DNA of 63,745 nt, filler included, from Platydemus manokwari (GCA_037951405.1; 5 parts of 5 records of this genome joined end to end with filler, not necessarily neighbours in it), one strand, 5' to 3'. Shown: positions 13,001 through 26,194, counted from the first letter of the whole stretch. Notes: generated by a model from the sequence alone, not told the origin. A program made the numbers and translations.

Positions 13001-16000
13001 GATTTTTGATTATTTATGGTCTATTACTGTGTGGCATTGTGATCTATGCATTGAGATCTATTTTGTCCTTATTAGTTTTCTGCATGCTTAACTCTGTGTT
13101 TCAGAGTTGTTTTTCTCAATAAATAAATATTAATGATAACAATAGTGATATTAAATTAGTGCATTTTATTCGTTCTGATATTCCTAATACTAAATCTAAT
13201 TCTAACGGTTAATTTATTTGTTCATTTTATTTCGTATATATATAATTGATCGATCAGTTAAGTATGAAAAGTGAGTTTGAAATCATTTCCTTAACAAACT
13301 CTAAACCCTGCTTGACCTGCTAATTTCATTAACCAATCCATTGTTTGTGTGTATCAAATATTGATTTCGTTACAATTTTAGAGTGATGCTCCTAATATTG
13401 CCAAGAAATATATCGATGTTTTGAAAAATGAATTGATAAATCTATCAGAGATCGAGCATAAATTATTGAAAGAAACGACGATTCATTTGAATGAGAAAGA
13501 AAATCAATTGCTCCTAGACGAGTGTCAAGTGATTAGTTATATGAAACACATGATCAATAACTGTCGATTTCTTTTCCAGGATATCAATAATGAATTTTCA
13601 AGCAAACAAACTGCTATTTTGACATTGATTCATCAAGTGGAAAAATTCATTTCCAAACAGTATGAAACCGTACCAGAGGAAATCGACGGTGAATTGAAGG
13701 ATCTCACCAATGATTTGAAACTGCGAACGAATCAAGTATGGATTTCTCACTGTTATTGATTTTTATCAACAAAACAAATACCCAATCAATTTAGATTCAA
13801 ACTGAGATAAGCAATCGATCACGATTATTAATCAATATCATCGATGAGTTCGATCAATTCTTCAATCGATTGACCGATTGCAATACACTCCACGACAAAT
13901 TGCATCAATCAATCGATTCCATCAGTGATGTCAAATTGATTGAAGATTTGGAAAAATCCATTGTCAACATCAAATTATTAGATAGCGAATTTAGCACATA
14001 TAATAATGATATCAGAATTTTAAACAGCTCCAAACTGAAATTCATTGATAAAATTAATAAATTCGAAGAGAATCGAGTGAGTTATTTTGTAAAGAGATAT
14101 CGATTTGAACAATTTATTATTAATAATATTCAGAGAAAATTCAGTCAGTCATTACACAAAAATGTCGACACTGAATCCAATTCGGTACTGCAAATCCATC
14201 AGGAAATCAATGATTCAACTAATGAAATCAATATTCAACAGAAAGATATTCAAAAGAAATACAAACAGAAACTCGGACAAATGAAAGAAGCATTTGAAAA
14301 TATTGAAAAGATGAAAGAAAAACAAATGAGTATCGATAAAATCGTGGGAGAAACGAAATTGGAATTGAATAATATTTTATCGAAAGTTGAAGTTCCTTCT
14401 AGCCACTCATTGCTGCCCTTCACTGATGTTCTTCATAGATTGAATGGAGAAATCTTTGGTATTTCTAGACTCATCGATGTAAGAATTATGTTTTTTATTT
14501 TTGTTCTTTTGATTCATTGTATAGATATCGATTTATTGTAATAATTTAGTTCCCATTTAACGTGAGACTCGATTTTGTATATGTTAAAGTGAATAATGGT
14601 CTTTTTTCAAAAAATACTGCTCCTCTTCAATGTTTTTATATGCATTTCATGTGTCAACATGTGACATTCACGAATATTTTCAGGTCATAAATGAATGCCG
14701 CCCAAGTACTAATAACTGTTTAGAAGTCCTTGGCATTGAAAAAGAAAATATCGATTTATTCATGAATTCCATTGACAGTTCCATTGACCTTTTCCAAACA
14801 ACCAATACCCAATTGCAGGACTTATTGAAAAACATCAACCAACAGTCGATATCAGAAAATGATACCAATTTTTCAATCGATAATCTAGACCATTGGCTCA
14901 CTGATATTGATCAGAGACTCAATGATATCGGACCTTTGAGTTTGGATAAGAAATCTTTAATCGAACAAGAAAGATCACTGCAAATCTTACAGGCCGAAAT
15001 CAATAGTAGACTACCAAATCTAGAGAATTTATTAAAATCTGCTGATAATAATAATGTAGCCAGAATTCAAGAATTGGAAAACAGGTTATATATAATTGTA
15101 TATTATTGTATTTTAATCGAATAATTTCAAATATATTATTAATTAAAAAAAACGAAATAAATATAAATCTTATTAGAAGTGTTTTATATTTTGTAACAGA
15201 CTCAAACAAAAATCCTTGGTTGTCTCGGATAGTATTGACAAAATCAATGACACCAGAACATTATTGGATTCTTTCCAATCCATGCTTTCATCTTGCAGCA
15301 ATTGGATAATTTTAACGACAGAACTGCTCTCTGATCGCATGTTCATTCGGCTGGACAATGAAAACTATCAAGAGAAATTAGACGAAATTAAAGTCATTTG
15401 TTTTTTTATCGATTATTCCATTCAATTAAATGTGAATTTCTCTTTTCTAGAAAGAATTTCATTCCAAAGAGAAAGACGTTGAGCATGTGAAACAACTTGC
15501 CAAACAACTTCTCATGAAACCAGACTGTACCGATCAATACTGTATCGAAAATTCATTGAAAACACTTGATAAGGTCTGGTCTTCATTGAGTGATTTGATA
15601 AATATTAGAACTGACGAATTGAATGATCGACAAAAATATAATGAAAAATATTCCGGTATGAAAACGAATATCTTGGACAAATTAAGCAGCTGGGAACAAA
15701 CTCTGTCAACGAACAGTCCACTGGCTATCGATTTATTGGAGCTACAGAAACAATTTGAAAATATTGAAAGTTTTATCAATGATTGGACATTAAGCAAAGA
15801 TGAAATCAATGAATTTTGCATTGTTGGATCTGAATACGATTCGATTTTACAAGGCTTTCCTTTGGGTGGTGATCAAAATATTTATCGAATCACAAGTCCG
15901 CAAAGAAAATCATCAAGTAATATCTGTTTTTTGGCTTATTGGTGCATGGGGATTTATTATTCTATTCATTTTTATTTATTTTTATAAAATTCTTTGTTTT

Positions 16001-19000
16001 ATTGCACAAATTATTTCAATGAATTTAAACAAAATGGTTTTGTACTAAAATAAATGTTTCCAATCAGATATATTTAATAGCCAACAGTAATGGGGGTAAA
16101 AACGTGAATTCCTAATGTGAATAAAATATTTTGAAAGGATTTATTTTAAAAAACCAATAAATGATAATTTTCAATACTCGTCGCAACGTTTTAGTATGCG
16201 GGTTTTATATGAAATTATAGATTATCAACAATAGAATGATATTCGATTGGGTAATTTTAATATCATTTTATTGACCTACTTTCTCAGATTAATTTTGGTT
16301 GAGATATTAATAGGAACACCAAATACATAAATGATAAAATATTAAAAATCAATAATAGCTAAATTTGAGAAAATAATTGTAAAAATATTTTAACCTACTT
16401 TCTTTTTATCAAAATTTTAAAGGGCATATTTGATTTTTTTTAATATTAAATTCATAAAAACTCTCGTTAAAATAAGTAAAACATTAAATAATCACATTAT
16501 TTTTTAATAAATCATTATTCGGAAACATTTAGCAATTTAGTTTCACGCACAATTTGCTTTTGTTACTTTTTGTTTTGTATTTATACTTTTATAACCTTGC
16601 TGCATTTTCGCTGTAGAAATAAAAGCTGGCTTGCATTTTCCACCACCAGGAGCTTCTGGTGTTAGCAAAGCATTAATTAACCAGTCAAGCGCCCACTATT
16701 CTGGTAGTGAATCCAGTGGTGTGTCGAGCGCTGACTATGTGAATCTTAATCAAGGTATTGCTTGGTTTTTTTTTTACTTTTTTTGCAGCTATTTTCAAAT
16801 ATAACGATTTCCATGGTATTAAAAACAATGTTTTTTTTTCTGTTTCACTAGAATTCAGTGAAGTTATTATGGAAATGAACGATGTCAAGTCGCGTTATGC
16901 AGAAATCGGTGATAGATTATTGAATCGAAAGAGCGATATTGCATTGCTTTTGACGAAATGCCAAAAATTCGAAACCGATTATAAAGAATTCTCTGACAAA
17001 CTGGATGAACAATTGAAACTTTTGATGTCACCCGATGCCAGTGCTCTTAGCAAGCCGGAGGAAATCGCTTATTATGAAAAGTAAATATCAGTGATTTATT
17101 ATTTATGATCCAAACATGCGAAAAATAATTTGAAAAGAACCATTTGAAATCATTGATAATAATTCTTTTGTTTCTTTACTGCAAATATTTTTATCTTGGA
17201 AATTCTTTTGATCGCAACATATTTCTTTCTTATCATTCCTGTAGTACCAACTTAACCATTTTTCTTTCAATGGTTTTTCAATACTCAATTTCGAAATGTT
17301 AAGATTCTATGTCATATTTTTTGTCGTTAAAAGCCAAGTGGATTCAATTGATGTCAGCATTAATGTCACTTTCGTTGAGATCATAATTGAATCACTGGTG
17401 GATTCCGTGGTCGAGTCTGAAACTAATGAGCAGGACAGACTGAAAAAAAGAATTTATAATAATAATCCTCTAAATAATAATCAGCTTACCCTCATAATGT
17501 TTATAATGATTAAGGAATATATTAAAAAATAATTTTCTTTCTGGATAAATCAATGTCGATATATACAAATTTTCTTTTTTCTTAATTTAGAATTGAAGAG
17601 AACGTCAGAAACCTACGACCAACATTGATGAATATATTATCTTTCGGTAAAGAATTATTGCGCAATAAAGAACTCGTTCCAGGTGGTGTTGGACTTCAAT
17701 CTAACATCAATAGATTGGAAAAGAAATTCAATTCTTTGAAAGAATCCACTAAGAAACAGCTCAATGGACGGCGTAACATTGAAAATCAAATAAAGAAATT
17801 TAACGATATGAAAAAATCAATTGAAAACAACATAATGCGTAAAGAAAGAATGTTGAATGTTCTGGGACCTGTTGGTACTTCAGTGTCTTATGGAAATGCT
17901 CAATTAGATCAAGTATTTAAAAATCAATTATTATAAATCAGTGATCCATTGTTCTTTATTTAGGTGAATGCGTTAATTGATGAAGTTGAAGGCTTGCGAA
18001 ACGATTTGAAGGGATTAAATGACATGGGACAAGATATCATTCGAACTATGTCACCAACATTGTCTGAAATTAATGAAATCGAATCAGCTCGAAGTATTCT
18101 TACAGAAAAAATAGATAATTTGGACAAATTACTGAAAGATCGTGAAGAGAATATTCATTCGATCATGGGTCCAAGTAAAGACTTTTACAAATCGATCAAT
18201 ACCGCCAACGATCGTCTGGCTTGTCTTCAAGAGAAATTTGACAAGTAAAATCTTGCTCTCTATATACCTGATGATAATAAAATGATTGCATTTAGTATCG
18301 GTGAAAATGTGTTGACAAGTTTTGATTGGGATGAACTCCAAGTTGAATTAGATAATGTGAAGGCAATTTTGCAAGAGGCAGAAGATTTATCCAAAACCCT
18401 TCTCAGTTCAACATCAGATGAAAACGCCCACTATGAAATCAAAAACAAAGTTTGCACCAATTTATGAAAATCATTTGATTAATATCATCGAATTTTCAGG
18501 TGGGCAATCTCTTGCGACATTGTCGTGAAATTCAGTCGAAAATCGATCACGGAGTGAATATGATCGATAAGCGTAGCCAACAAGAAGATAAAATACTCAA
18601 CAAAGTCGAAGAAGCTGAACAATGGATTGAACAAACACAACAATTCTTGAACGAAGAGTGCAGTGAAATTCCTAACAATTTATTGGACAATATCAGGCAG
18701 TTACAGGTGATATTTTTGCACTTTTATTGGTGAACTAATTTTCTGAGTTTCCTCTATTTTCCAATCAAAAAATTTGCTAATACAGAAATATATTTAATAT
18801 TATTTTGTGATATCTAATAGATTCTCCAAGGAGACCTCAAACATAAAAAGTCTCAAATCAATGATTTATGTAATGAAATGAACCGAATCAATGAGGATAA
18901 AAGCCCCACTCACAAATCTATTCAAATCAATGAAAAATTAAGAAATATTTTAAATCTTATCGAAAAGCTCGAAAGCGACACGGATGAGCTCAACAGCAAT

Positions 19001-20922
19001 TACCAGAAAGCTTCCATCGATATGAGCAAGATCAACAATGAATCCAATAAGATCGAAGTAATGGACCAATTGAAAATTGTAAACAATATTTAATATATTT
19101 TAGGCCTGGATAGATATTGAGAAGCATAAATTAAATAAGCAATATCCAGTTGGCTTAGAATCAGTGGAATCAGAGGTTAGACTTCTGGAATCGACAATTC
19201 AGTCCATTGACAACAAACACCAACAAATACAAGATCTTAAAGCTTTGATCAATCCCATCGATAATGTTGATTCGAAGATATTGTTATACAATAAACTATC
19301 ATCTGTCAATGAAATCGAATCCAATTTAAAAGATTTGCAAAATGAGGCTGAAGAAAAAATCGTAAGTTCTCTGAATATATATAAACATATATAAATGTAT
19401 ATAAATATATAATTCGATAAAATCTGTATAATGGAGAATTTCCAATGACTTTTCTCTTTGTTTTCAGAAATCTGTTAAACAACTTCACGAGCAAATATCA
19501 ACTGCTTCAGATAACTTAAATGATTTCAAATCTTCAATTCAGAAATTCGAAGACAAATGGAAAGAATTCGTCACATTGGAAGAGTCGCCCGACAAACCAA
19601 TCGACTACACGAAACTGGAATCTGAAATCAAAGAAATGCAGTCCAATTTCCAGTTATTGAAACCAGATTTGACAAATACAAAATCGATCATTGCCAATAT
19701 CGCCGATATAAGTTCAGTCAATGCTCATTTATTGGAACCAGAACTGGAAAAATTGACAAACCGCTATCAAGCTTTATCTACCAATCTGATTCAGAAGATA
19801 AATTATTTCAACTCCAAACACAAAGCCATGGATGAATGCAAAAATCGAATTGAAATATTTGCAACTCGTCAAAAGAACCTCAAAGAGAAAGTCGATAATT
19901 TTCCACAGCCATCTTTGGATTTGGATTCTTTGGAAGATCAAATTCAAGATCTAGTGAATTTAAACCACGAAGTGGCAGATATTGAGAAAAGTTTAATCGG
20001 TTTGAAATCAGAAGTTAAAAATTTGTCCGGCCAAAATATGGAAAGTGCTGAAAAGGCCCTACAAAAAATCAATAATTTGAATGCTGCAAACGAGAAAATC
20101 GCTGATTTGATTGATGATCGTCAGAATTCATTGAGATTGCAACATAATTTAGTTACGGAATTTGAATCCAGGAAAAACGATTTTAATCGAAAATTAGATG
20201 AAGCCAACAATGATCCAGAATTGAGCAAACTCTTATCAAACTCCAGCAAGAACATAAATGAATTCACGACACAGAAAATCGATCCATTGAAAAAACAATT
20301 GGAACAAGTTGTCGATATAGGTAATAAAGCATGTAGCACAGTAGTATCGGGTTTGGGCTTTAGACATATTGAGCAAGAGATTGAGCAAGTGAAACATAAT
20401 TTCGATAAACTTATGCAGGTTGTGTCTGATATTGAAAATAATGTCGATATCAAGCTGATGAAACAGAAAAAATTCGACACCACTTTGAAAAATTTGAAAG
20501 ATTTCGTCGAAAATGTGAAGAAAGAGCTGGAGTCTGAAGAAGAACCTTCGATAGAATATCATAAAGCAAAGAGTCAATTGAATTCACATAGACTTGTTCT
20601 GGATCGATTGAAAAAGCGACAATCGAGTCTGGATGAAATCAACAAAATCGGATCTGATTTGCTTTCCAATTTGAAGGAACCAAAGAAATCGCAATGGGGA
20701 AAAGAATTGAAAGAATTGAATAAAAATTACGAAAATTTATTGAATATTGCTGAAGAGAAAAATTGTCAATATGATAGAGCTGTCAAATTATCCAAAACAT
20801 TCAAAGATTTCTATGAACCATCACTGGTTTGGCTGGATACTGCTGAAAAGAATTTAGCTAGTTTTGATACATCCCCAACAATCGATTCTTCAGAAATGGA
20901 GAGAAGAATCCAAGACTATCAA
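1099..20922 (+). CDS. spectraplakin (dystonin/MACF1/Shot/VAB-10 family), partial at both ends, multi-exon
   Basis: Exons splice in frame over short GT-AG introns: 1099-1181, 1238-1312, 1363-1527, 2533-2637, 2692-2913, 3036-3263, 3315-3563 ... 6245-10300, 10698-12058, 12118-12903, 13382-... 16617-16754 ... last donor after 20922. Plakin-domain signatures: LNWIKEKEDQQIHWPW; LIDELEMKE; EWQWILHLTHCLKTHL..YEQFF; SH3-like segment VKAICS...WKV...APSICF. These are followed by plectin repeats and many spectrin repeats (W-I/L helix A motif, e.g. LDHWLTDIDQRL, LVWLDTAEKNL). The actin-binding N-terminus and EF-hand/GAS2 C-terminus are not in the window. Confidence 0.93.
6245..10300 (+). CDS. giant plectin-repeat-domain exon of the spectraplakin (4056 nt, 1352 codons, phase 0-0)
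   Basis: Acceptor ttgcag at 6243-44, donor AAG|gtaata at 10301. Recurrent motif DP.(T/S)...(L/I)(S/T)L.EAI..G(L/I)ID typical of plectin repeats. Confidence 0.9.
11271..11860 (+). repeat. 297-bp (99-aa) near-identical coding tandem repeat spanning a 100-N gap
   Basis: gacattg(c/t)aaatgctgaaagacaaagagtattagaaaa starts at 11274 and 11571 and recurs after the gap at ~11795. The unit VDIANAERQR...DLRAMVVDH contains plectin-repeat motifs. Confidence 0.92.
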
Positions 20923-21200
20923 GTTTGTTTGAATAATTATTATTATCGTTATTATCAANNNNNNNNNNNNNNNNNNNNNNNNNNNNNNNNNNNNNNNNNN
21001 NNNNNNNNNNNNNNNNNNNNNNNNNNNNNNNNNNNNNNNNNNNNNNNNNNNNNNNNNNNNNNNNNNNNNNNNNNNNNNNNNNNNNNNNNNNNNNNNNNNN
21101 NNNNNNNNNNNNNNNNNNNNNNNNNNNNNNNNNNNNNNNNNNNNNNNNNNNNNNNNNNNNTTAATTCTATTAATATTATTCTTTTTTATTACTATAATTA

Positions 21201-21300
21201 NNNNNNNNNNNNNNNNNNNNNNNNNNNNNNNNNNNNNNNNNNNNTTAATTAATTAANNNNNNNNNNNNNNNNNNNNNNNNNNNNNNNNNNNNNNNNNNNN
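21201..21300. other. artificial contig-joining spacer (44N-TTAATTAATTAA-44N)
   Basis: Identical 100-nt design at four sites; the 12-mer puts stops in all six frames. Confidence 0.95.
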
Positions 21301-21692
21301 TTTTAATTAAGGTTTAAAATAAGTTAATAAATTTTAGAATTTAATATTTTGAAATTTATATTTGATTGGTTAAAATAAAGTAATTATTAAATGATTTAAA
21401 TATTTTTATCTATACCTGGTTAAAATTGACAATGGATTCTCTTTACAAAAGGAATTTTAATTTGTTTAAAAATTGCACTATTTGTTGGCATTAAATAAAT
21501 ATTAAGAAAATCGTAATAATGACTTCTTTTGTTGAAACATTATTCTCAAGCGAAGTAGCTGCTACTAACAGTAAGTAACCAAATAAATTGAGCAAATTGG
21601 CAATAAATTATAATCCATTGAATTTAGAATTATAGAGTGATTAATCGATGTTTATGTGATATTGTGTCAAGTTTATCACCAGACAGCGTACT

Positions 21693-21714
21693 GGGATTGT
21701 CAATGTTTCAGTCA
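21693..21714 (+). other. dispersed 22-nt element, copy 1 (GGGATTGTCAATGTTTCAGTCA)
   Basis: 19/22 positions invariant across this copy and those at 28467 and 57760(-). Confidence 0.7.
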
Positions 21715-22288
21715 GTAAATCCTTTAAAAAATAATTCTGATATTTGTAGTCAACTAAATGATGATAATAAATAAATAATAATAATGATAATATTAAAATT
21801 AATAAAAGTATCTATAATTTAAATAAATAAAATTATTATTATTATTATTTATTAAGTAACTATTAAAACGTGAATTAATCCTTTTAAATGAATAATTGAT
21901 TCGGAAAAAAATAATAACGACGACAATTTTTTATATATGTCGGGTGGCCTCTTTGATGTTTATAATTTTTCACCACCTTGTAATCGCATTACAAAATTAC
22001 CCTCATAGAATTTATCACATTCTGGTTTTTGCAAATGCTTTTAATATTAAATCAATAAATATCAAAGGATGTTAAACAATCAATATATCCCTTAATTAAA
22101 GAGATTTAATTGAAAAATAAATCAAGTTATTTCGTTGTAATAAATTTCAATTTCAACCTTTAAAATAAATATACGGATATCAAATAAACGAAATTGTAGT
22201 GGTAGAAGATTCGATATAACTGACATCAATTTTCTTTCTTTAATCGCAAAATGGTTCAAGGAATCATTACATTATTTATGGTTTTCAG

Positions 22289-25200
22289 AAATGAAGATAT
22301 GTTGAGATATTTATTGGATCGTGGATTCAAACGTGTTTCAGCAGCTAAAGCTTTAGAACAGAATGAATTTTACCAAGATCGTCACTGTTCCGATTTATAT
22401 GTTTTTCATCATGATGATCGAGATTGTCTGGAAGAATGTGAGCTTGTGACAAAGCAGAGATTTTCTGTTGTACAAGTAATTATAATTCATCATGAATGTT
22501 ATTTGGAAATTTTAATATCATTTGTAAAAATTTGGGTAATACTGATTAACCATAATTCCAAGCTCGTCAGTTACCGATAAGCCGATTTTGTAGTACTTTC
22601 TACTCATCAATATAACTTAAGGCATCTAATAATGATTTACCCATTGGTGGATTCAAACCAACAATTACCGTAAATTACAATTATGAAGATCCTTCATCTA
22701 TTAAGACCTCCTTCATTTATAGATCCAAAACTTTAGAAAAACCTAAATTACTTTATTCGTGTACCTAATTCGTACCTATTAAGACTTCCTTGGATTTTAG
22801 ACTGAATTTTTTGCAAAAAATGTAGGTCTTAATACGCGTTATCTATGTTATTTCACTGTACATAGTATTCCTCCATCTAACTACCACTTTTGGAGAATTA
22901 GAAAAATGTGGAGGTTAAGAGGAATTGGCTATTCGGAAGAGGAACACTTTTCCTTTTTCTAACGAACTAGGTATTTGTTGTTATTGAATCTATCTGTCGA
23001 TAATGAATATTCCCCATGTCTTCCACTTGTAATTTTACTTGTAATTCTCCTTTTTACCGGTTCAGTGCTTTAATTTAAATCATATCTAAATAATCCAATA
23101 ATAATTTATTGCATTAGAGGTACTGTAATGTCTTAAGATCTGGTAAACCAATAAAACATGTCTGAATATATTCCAATCTGTAATTTTTAATTTTCAAACG
23201 GAAAACTAGTCTCCGTGCTTAATAAACGTTTTAATCTTTTCAATACTTACGAAAATATCGTTTGATTTCCTTATAAAAATTCTGTTTTAAGTATTCTGGT
23301 TATCTAAAATTGATATTTATTTATGAGTATACACAAGGAAGCAAATTTGTTTTTCATTTAGAATACGAGTTTACTATTGTTATCCTGCTTGACCACAGAT
23401 GGACCAAATACCCCTTGATAACTGAAAAATTTGCAATTTTTCTTAATTAAAACTTCTAGTTATGACTAATAAATAATTTTTTTGGTTGGTGATTTTTATG
23501 TCTCAATGAAATAACAGATTATTTACTAACATTAGATATTCAAAGTTGTAATTGCAGGATAATAGTTTGTACATTTTTAAATAAAATTGCCAATGTACAA
23601 CATTCAAAATAATAACTCAAAGGTACTCAGAGAAACAAAAGTTCCAAAAGTCAAACATCAAATCACAATGTGTTTAACATCTGAAAGATGAAAACAATTA
23701 CAGAAATTACCGATCATAAATGACTGCTGGTTGTTGGACTCTTTTGTAGCGATTGTGCACACATTATTAGATTGATTAATTTGAAAATTTTGTTCTAGAA
23801 TATTTCATCAATTTTTTAATTATTTTTTAAAATTTTATTTTTAGCATCCCTGAGAAAAAGTTAATCGAAGCTTTACTCATCACACTCTCTCTCACTCTCA
23901 CACATAATTTATTATTGGGCTTTTATATTTATTTTCTTTCAGGATAAAAGTACTTCTTTAGCTATTCATTGTTTCATTGCCAACGTTGTCCCAGGAGAAG
24001 AAATCGCAATAGTCAACCCAACCACTCTTCTTACAGCAATTCACATGGAAGGTCTTCTTAAAAATAAATTTGGTACAGTTGTTCCTTTAGCAGCAATTCG
24101 TGTATTTCGTACACCTAAAGATGATGACGATCCGAAAATTCTATCAAAAATGGGCTCTTCAGGTAATGAAAAAGTGTCATTAGTTTGTATCTTTCTTTCA
24201 TATCTCACAGCCATCAAAATCCATACCGAAGATATTTTGACTCTCGATTCGACAAATGAAAAATATCGATTTATTAAACATGCTTTTTTCCAAGCGAAAT
24301 GTACCAGATCAGCAATTGTGAGCCCAATAGATTTCCTCGATACCGAACAAGATGGTGGGTAAAAATATTTTAAATTTAATGTTTTTACCCACTAGTTAAT
24401 TCTTCAACTGAGTCTTTCTCAATGTTGTTTTTATTTCCATAATCCAAATTGTTCAATTATTCGATAAATGTTTATTGTGATAAAATATAAATCAATTTAA
24501 AGTGAAGGATCACTATCATTAAAAGAAAAAAAAACCAAGATAAAAATCAACCAATAAATAACTCGCTTATTGTGGGATTCAACTTAAAACAACTTCAATT
24601 AATTACATTTTAACTTATTGTATGCGAGGCGTGTTGTAATTATAAATCGGTTCTATATCAGATAATTATTTTATTCATGATTGGTATCCTTAGCAATCCC
24701 GTGATTAATATTATAGTTCTTTGGCAAATTACCGTGTCCCAAATCTCGTGTATTTAATAAAACAAAGAAATAATCTTATCTTAATTTATTAGAAAAAGCT
24801 GCGTAAAAATACGTTTAACGGCAAATTCATTGCAGATATTACTCTGTTAAAGGATTATGCAATGCGAGCAACCTTGAACGGTGCAAAACCAACGAAAATA
24901 TCTGATTCCATAGTAAGAAACAGTATGATTCTTCGACAATGCTTTCGATGTTAGTTCCAATAATGAAATATAAATGACCTTCTTGATATCGAAAAGTGGA
25001 TTAAAATTAATTTTTAATTCAGTTTCCTCTATCCGAGCATTAACATATTTGACTCATTCAATATACGATGAAGAGAATGAAATGTTAATTCATAAAGCGG
25101 TAGATTTAATCAACAAAAATATGATGAAAGACACAATGGAACCAAATGGAAAATATGAGATGTTTAACAATGTTCCTCCCAATTTACCAATGCTGGTTGA

Positions 25201-25487
25201 TGATTTAACAGAAAGTGGATATTTAGTTGAAAAAAATGTCAAGTTTCCACCGTCAGCCGAAACGAATGGCTTTTTTATTTCTATATATTCCAAAGAGGTT
25301 AAAATTCTATGGAAAGTTATTTTCTTAAAGATTTTCAGATACGATATAATGTTGCCGATGAAGTGGAAAGTCAACATCCACAAGATGAAAAAGTAAAGAA
25401 AAAGAAAAAGAAAGGCGGTAATTTAATTTTGCTTTTAATATAGCTTTAAATTTTTAATTAATTTCTATTCTCTTGTTATTAGGTTGA
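22289..25487 (+). CDS. NSUN7: NSUN7-like putative RNA m5C methyltransferase, 5'-partial
   Basis: Exons 22289-22475, 23943-24162, 24211-24354, 24836-24949, 25023-25297, 25339-25417, 25483-25487 splice in frame. The peptides DRHCSDLYVF, QDKSTSLAIH, AKCTRSAIVSPIDFL, ITLLKDY, ALTYLTHSIYDEENE and PSAETNGFFISIYSKE follow, in order, the NSUN7 motifs as I recall them (HCYDVLIF, QDKSRSLAVH, PRCSGLGVSNPVEFI, EFLKDH, VVYCTCSVFPEENE, PSEITNGCFLSIL). Confidence 0.85.
22667..23126. mobile_element. degenerate pogo/Tigger-type MITE relics in the NSUN7-like intron
   Basis: taccgtaaat...attaagac / gtcttaatacgcg ends and an agaggtactgta terminus resemble pogo-family TIRs with TA; heavily decayed. Confidence 0.3.
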
Positions 25488-26194
25488 TCTCGATTTGTTA
25501 GTTGTTTATAATATTGCTGAGATTTTTCTTTAATGTTTATTTTTTGTTTTTCGAAGAAATAATATTACAAATGATTCTGAGATATTATTTCTTTTGATAG
25601 TTTTGTATTAAAGTTTTGTTCGGTGATGATTTCACTCCATTCTATTCTTAATAATTACTTATTATTTATATTATCACTACGTCTTTCAGTGATAGAATTA
25701 TGAAGCGGTAGTTTTGAGATCAACTCCGATACTGATGAAAGTACAACGAAACCGTTTTATTAGTGAATCAAACGAAGAAGTTTTACAATTTTTATATATT
25801 TCGAAGTCTACAACATATGTTTTAATCATTCCATATTTCATATACAATTTGTATTGGACCATTAAAACCTGTTGCTTTCGATTATTACCTTGTTCTCGTC
25901 AATATATTGTGATAATCGAATTAACAATTCAATTATTTATTAATTTGTCGATTTAAGCCTACTACTAGTTGACATTATTTCTTTGAAAAATTAGCATTTG
26001 GCCTTTAAGCATCTGTTGCGATTAGATCTTGGTTCCACGTCACCGTATTCATCAGATTCATGTAAACTTTAAAATGATTATATTTATCATCACTAGCTCT
26101 GAAAAATAGGTCGCATGATAGAGTATATGACTAGTTTTAAATATTTCCTTAGGCCATACAGTTTATCGAAAAATTTGAAATAATTTTTTAATTT

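Noticed and set aside
6442-20577. Antisense and alternate-frame ORFs within the spectraplakin
   Set aside because: Shadow ORFs of long coding exons.
21245-21256. TTAATTAATTAA palindrome repeated four times as a biological site
   Set aside because: Always flanked by exactly 44 N on each side; assembly spacer.
2638-24210. Several short introns that are in frame and stop-free (e.g. 2638-2691, 24163-24210)
   Set aside because: A few are expected among dozens of ~50-nt introns; family motifs align better with them removed.
24678-24700. TGATTG-N10-CAATCCC as a fifth element copy
   Set aside because: The arms match but the core is unrelated and one base longer; likely chance.
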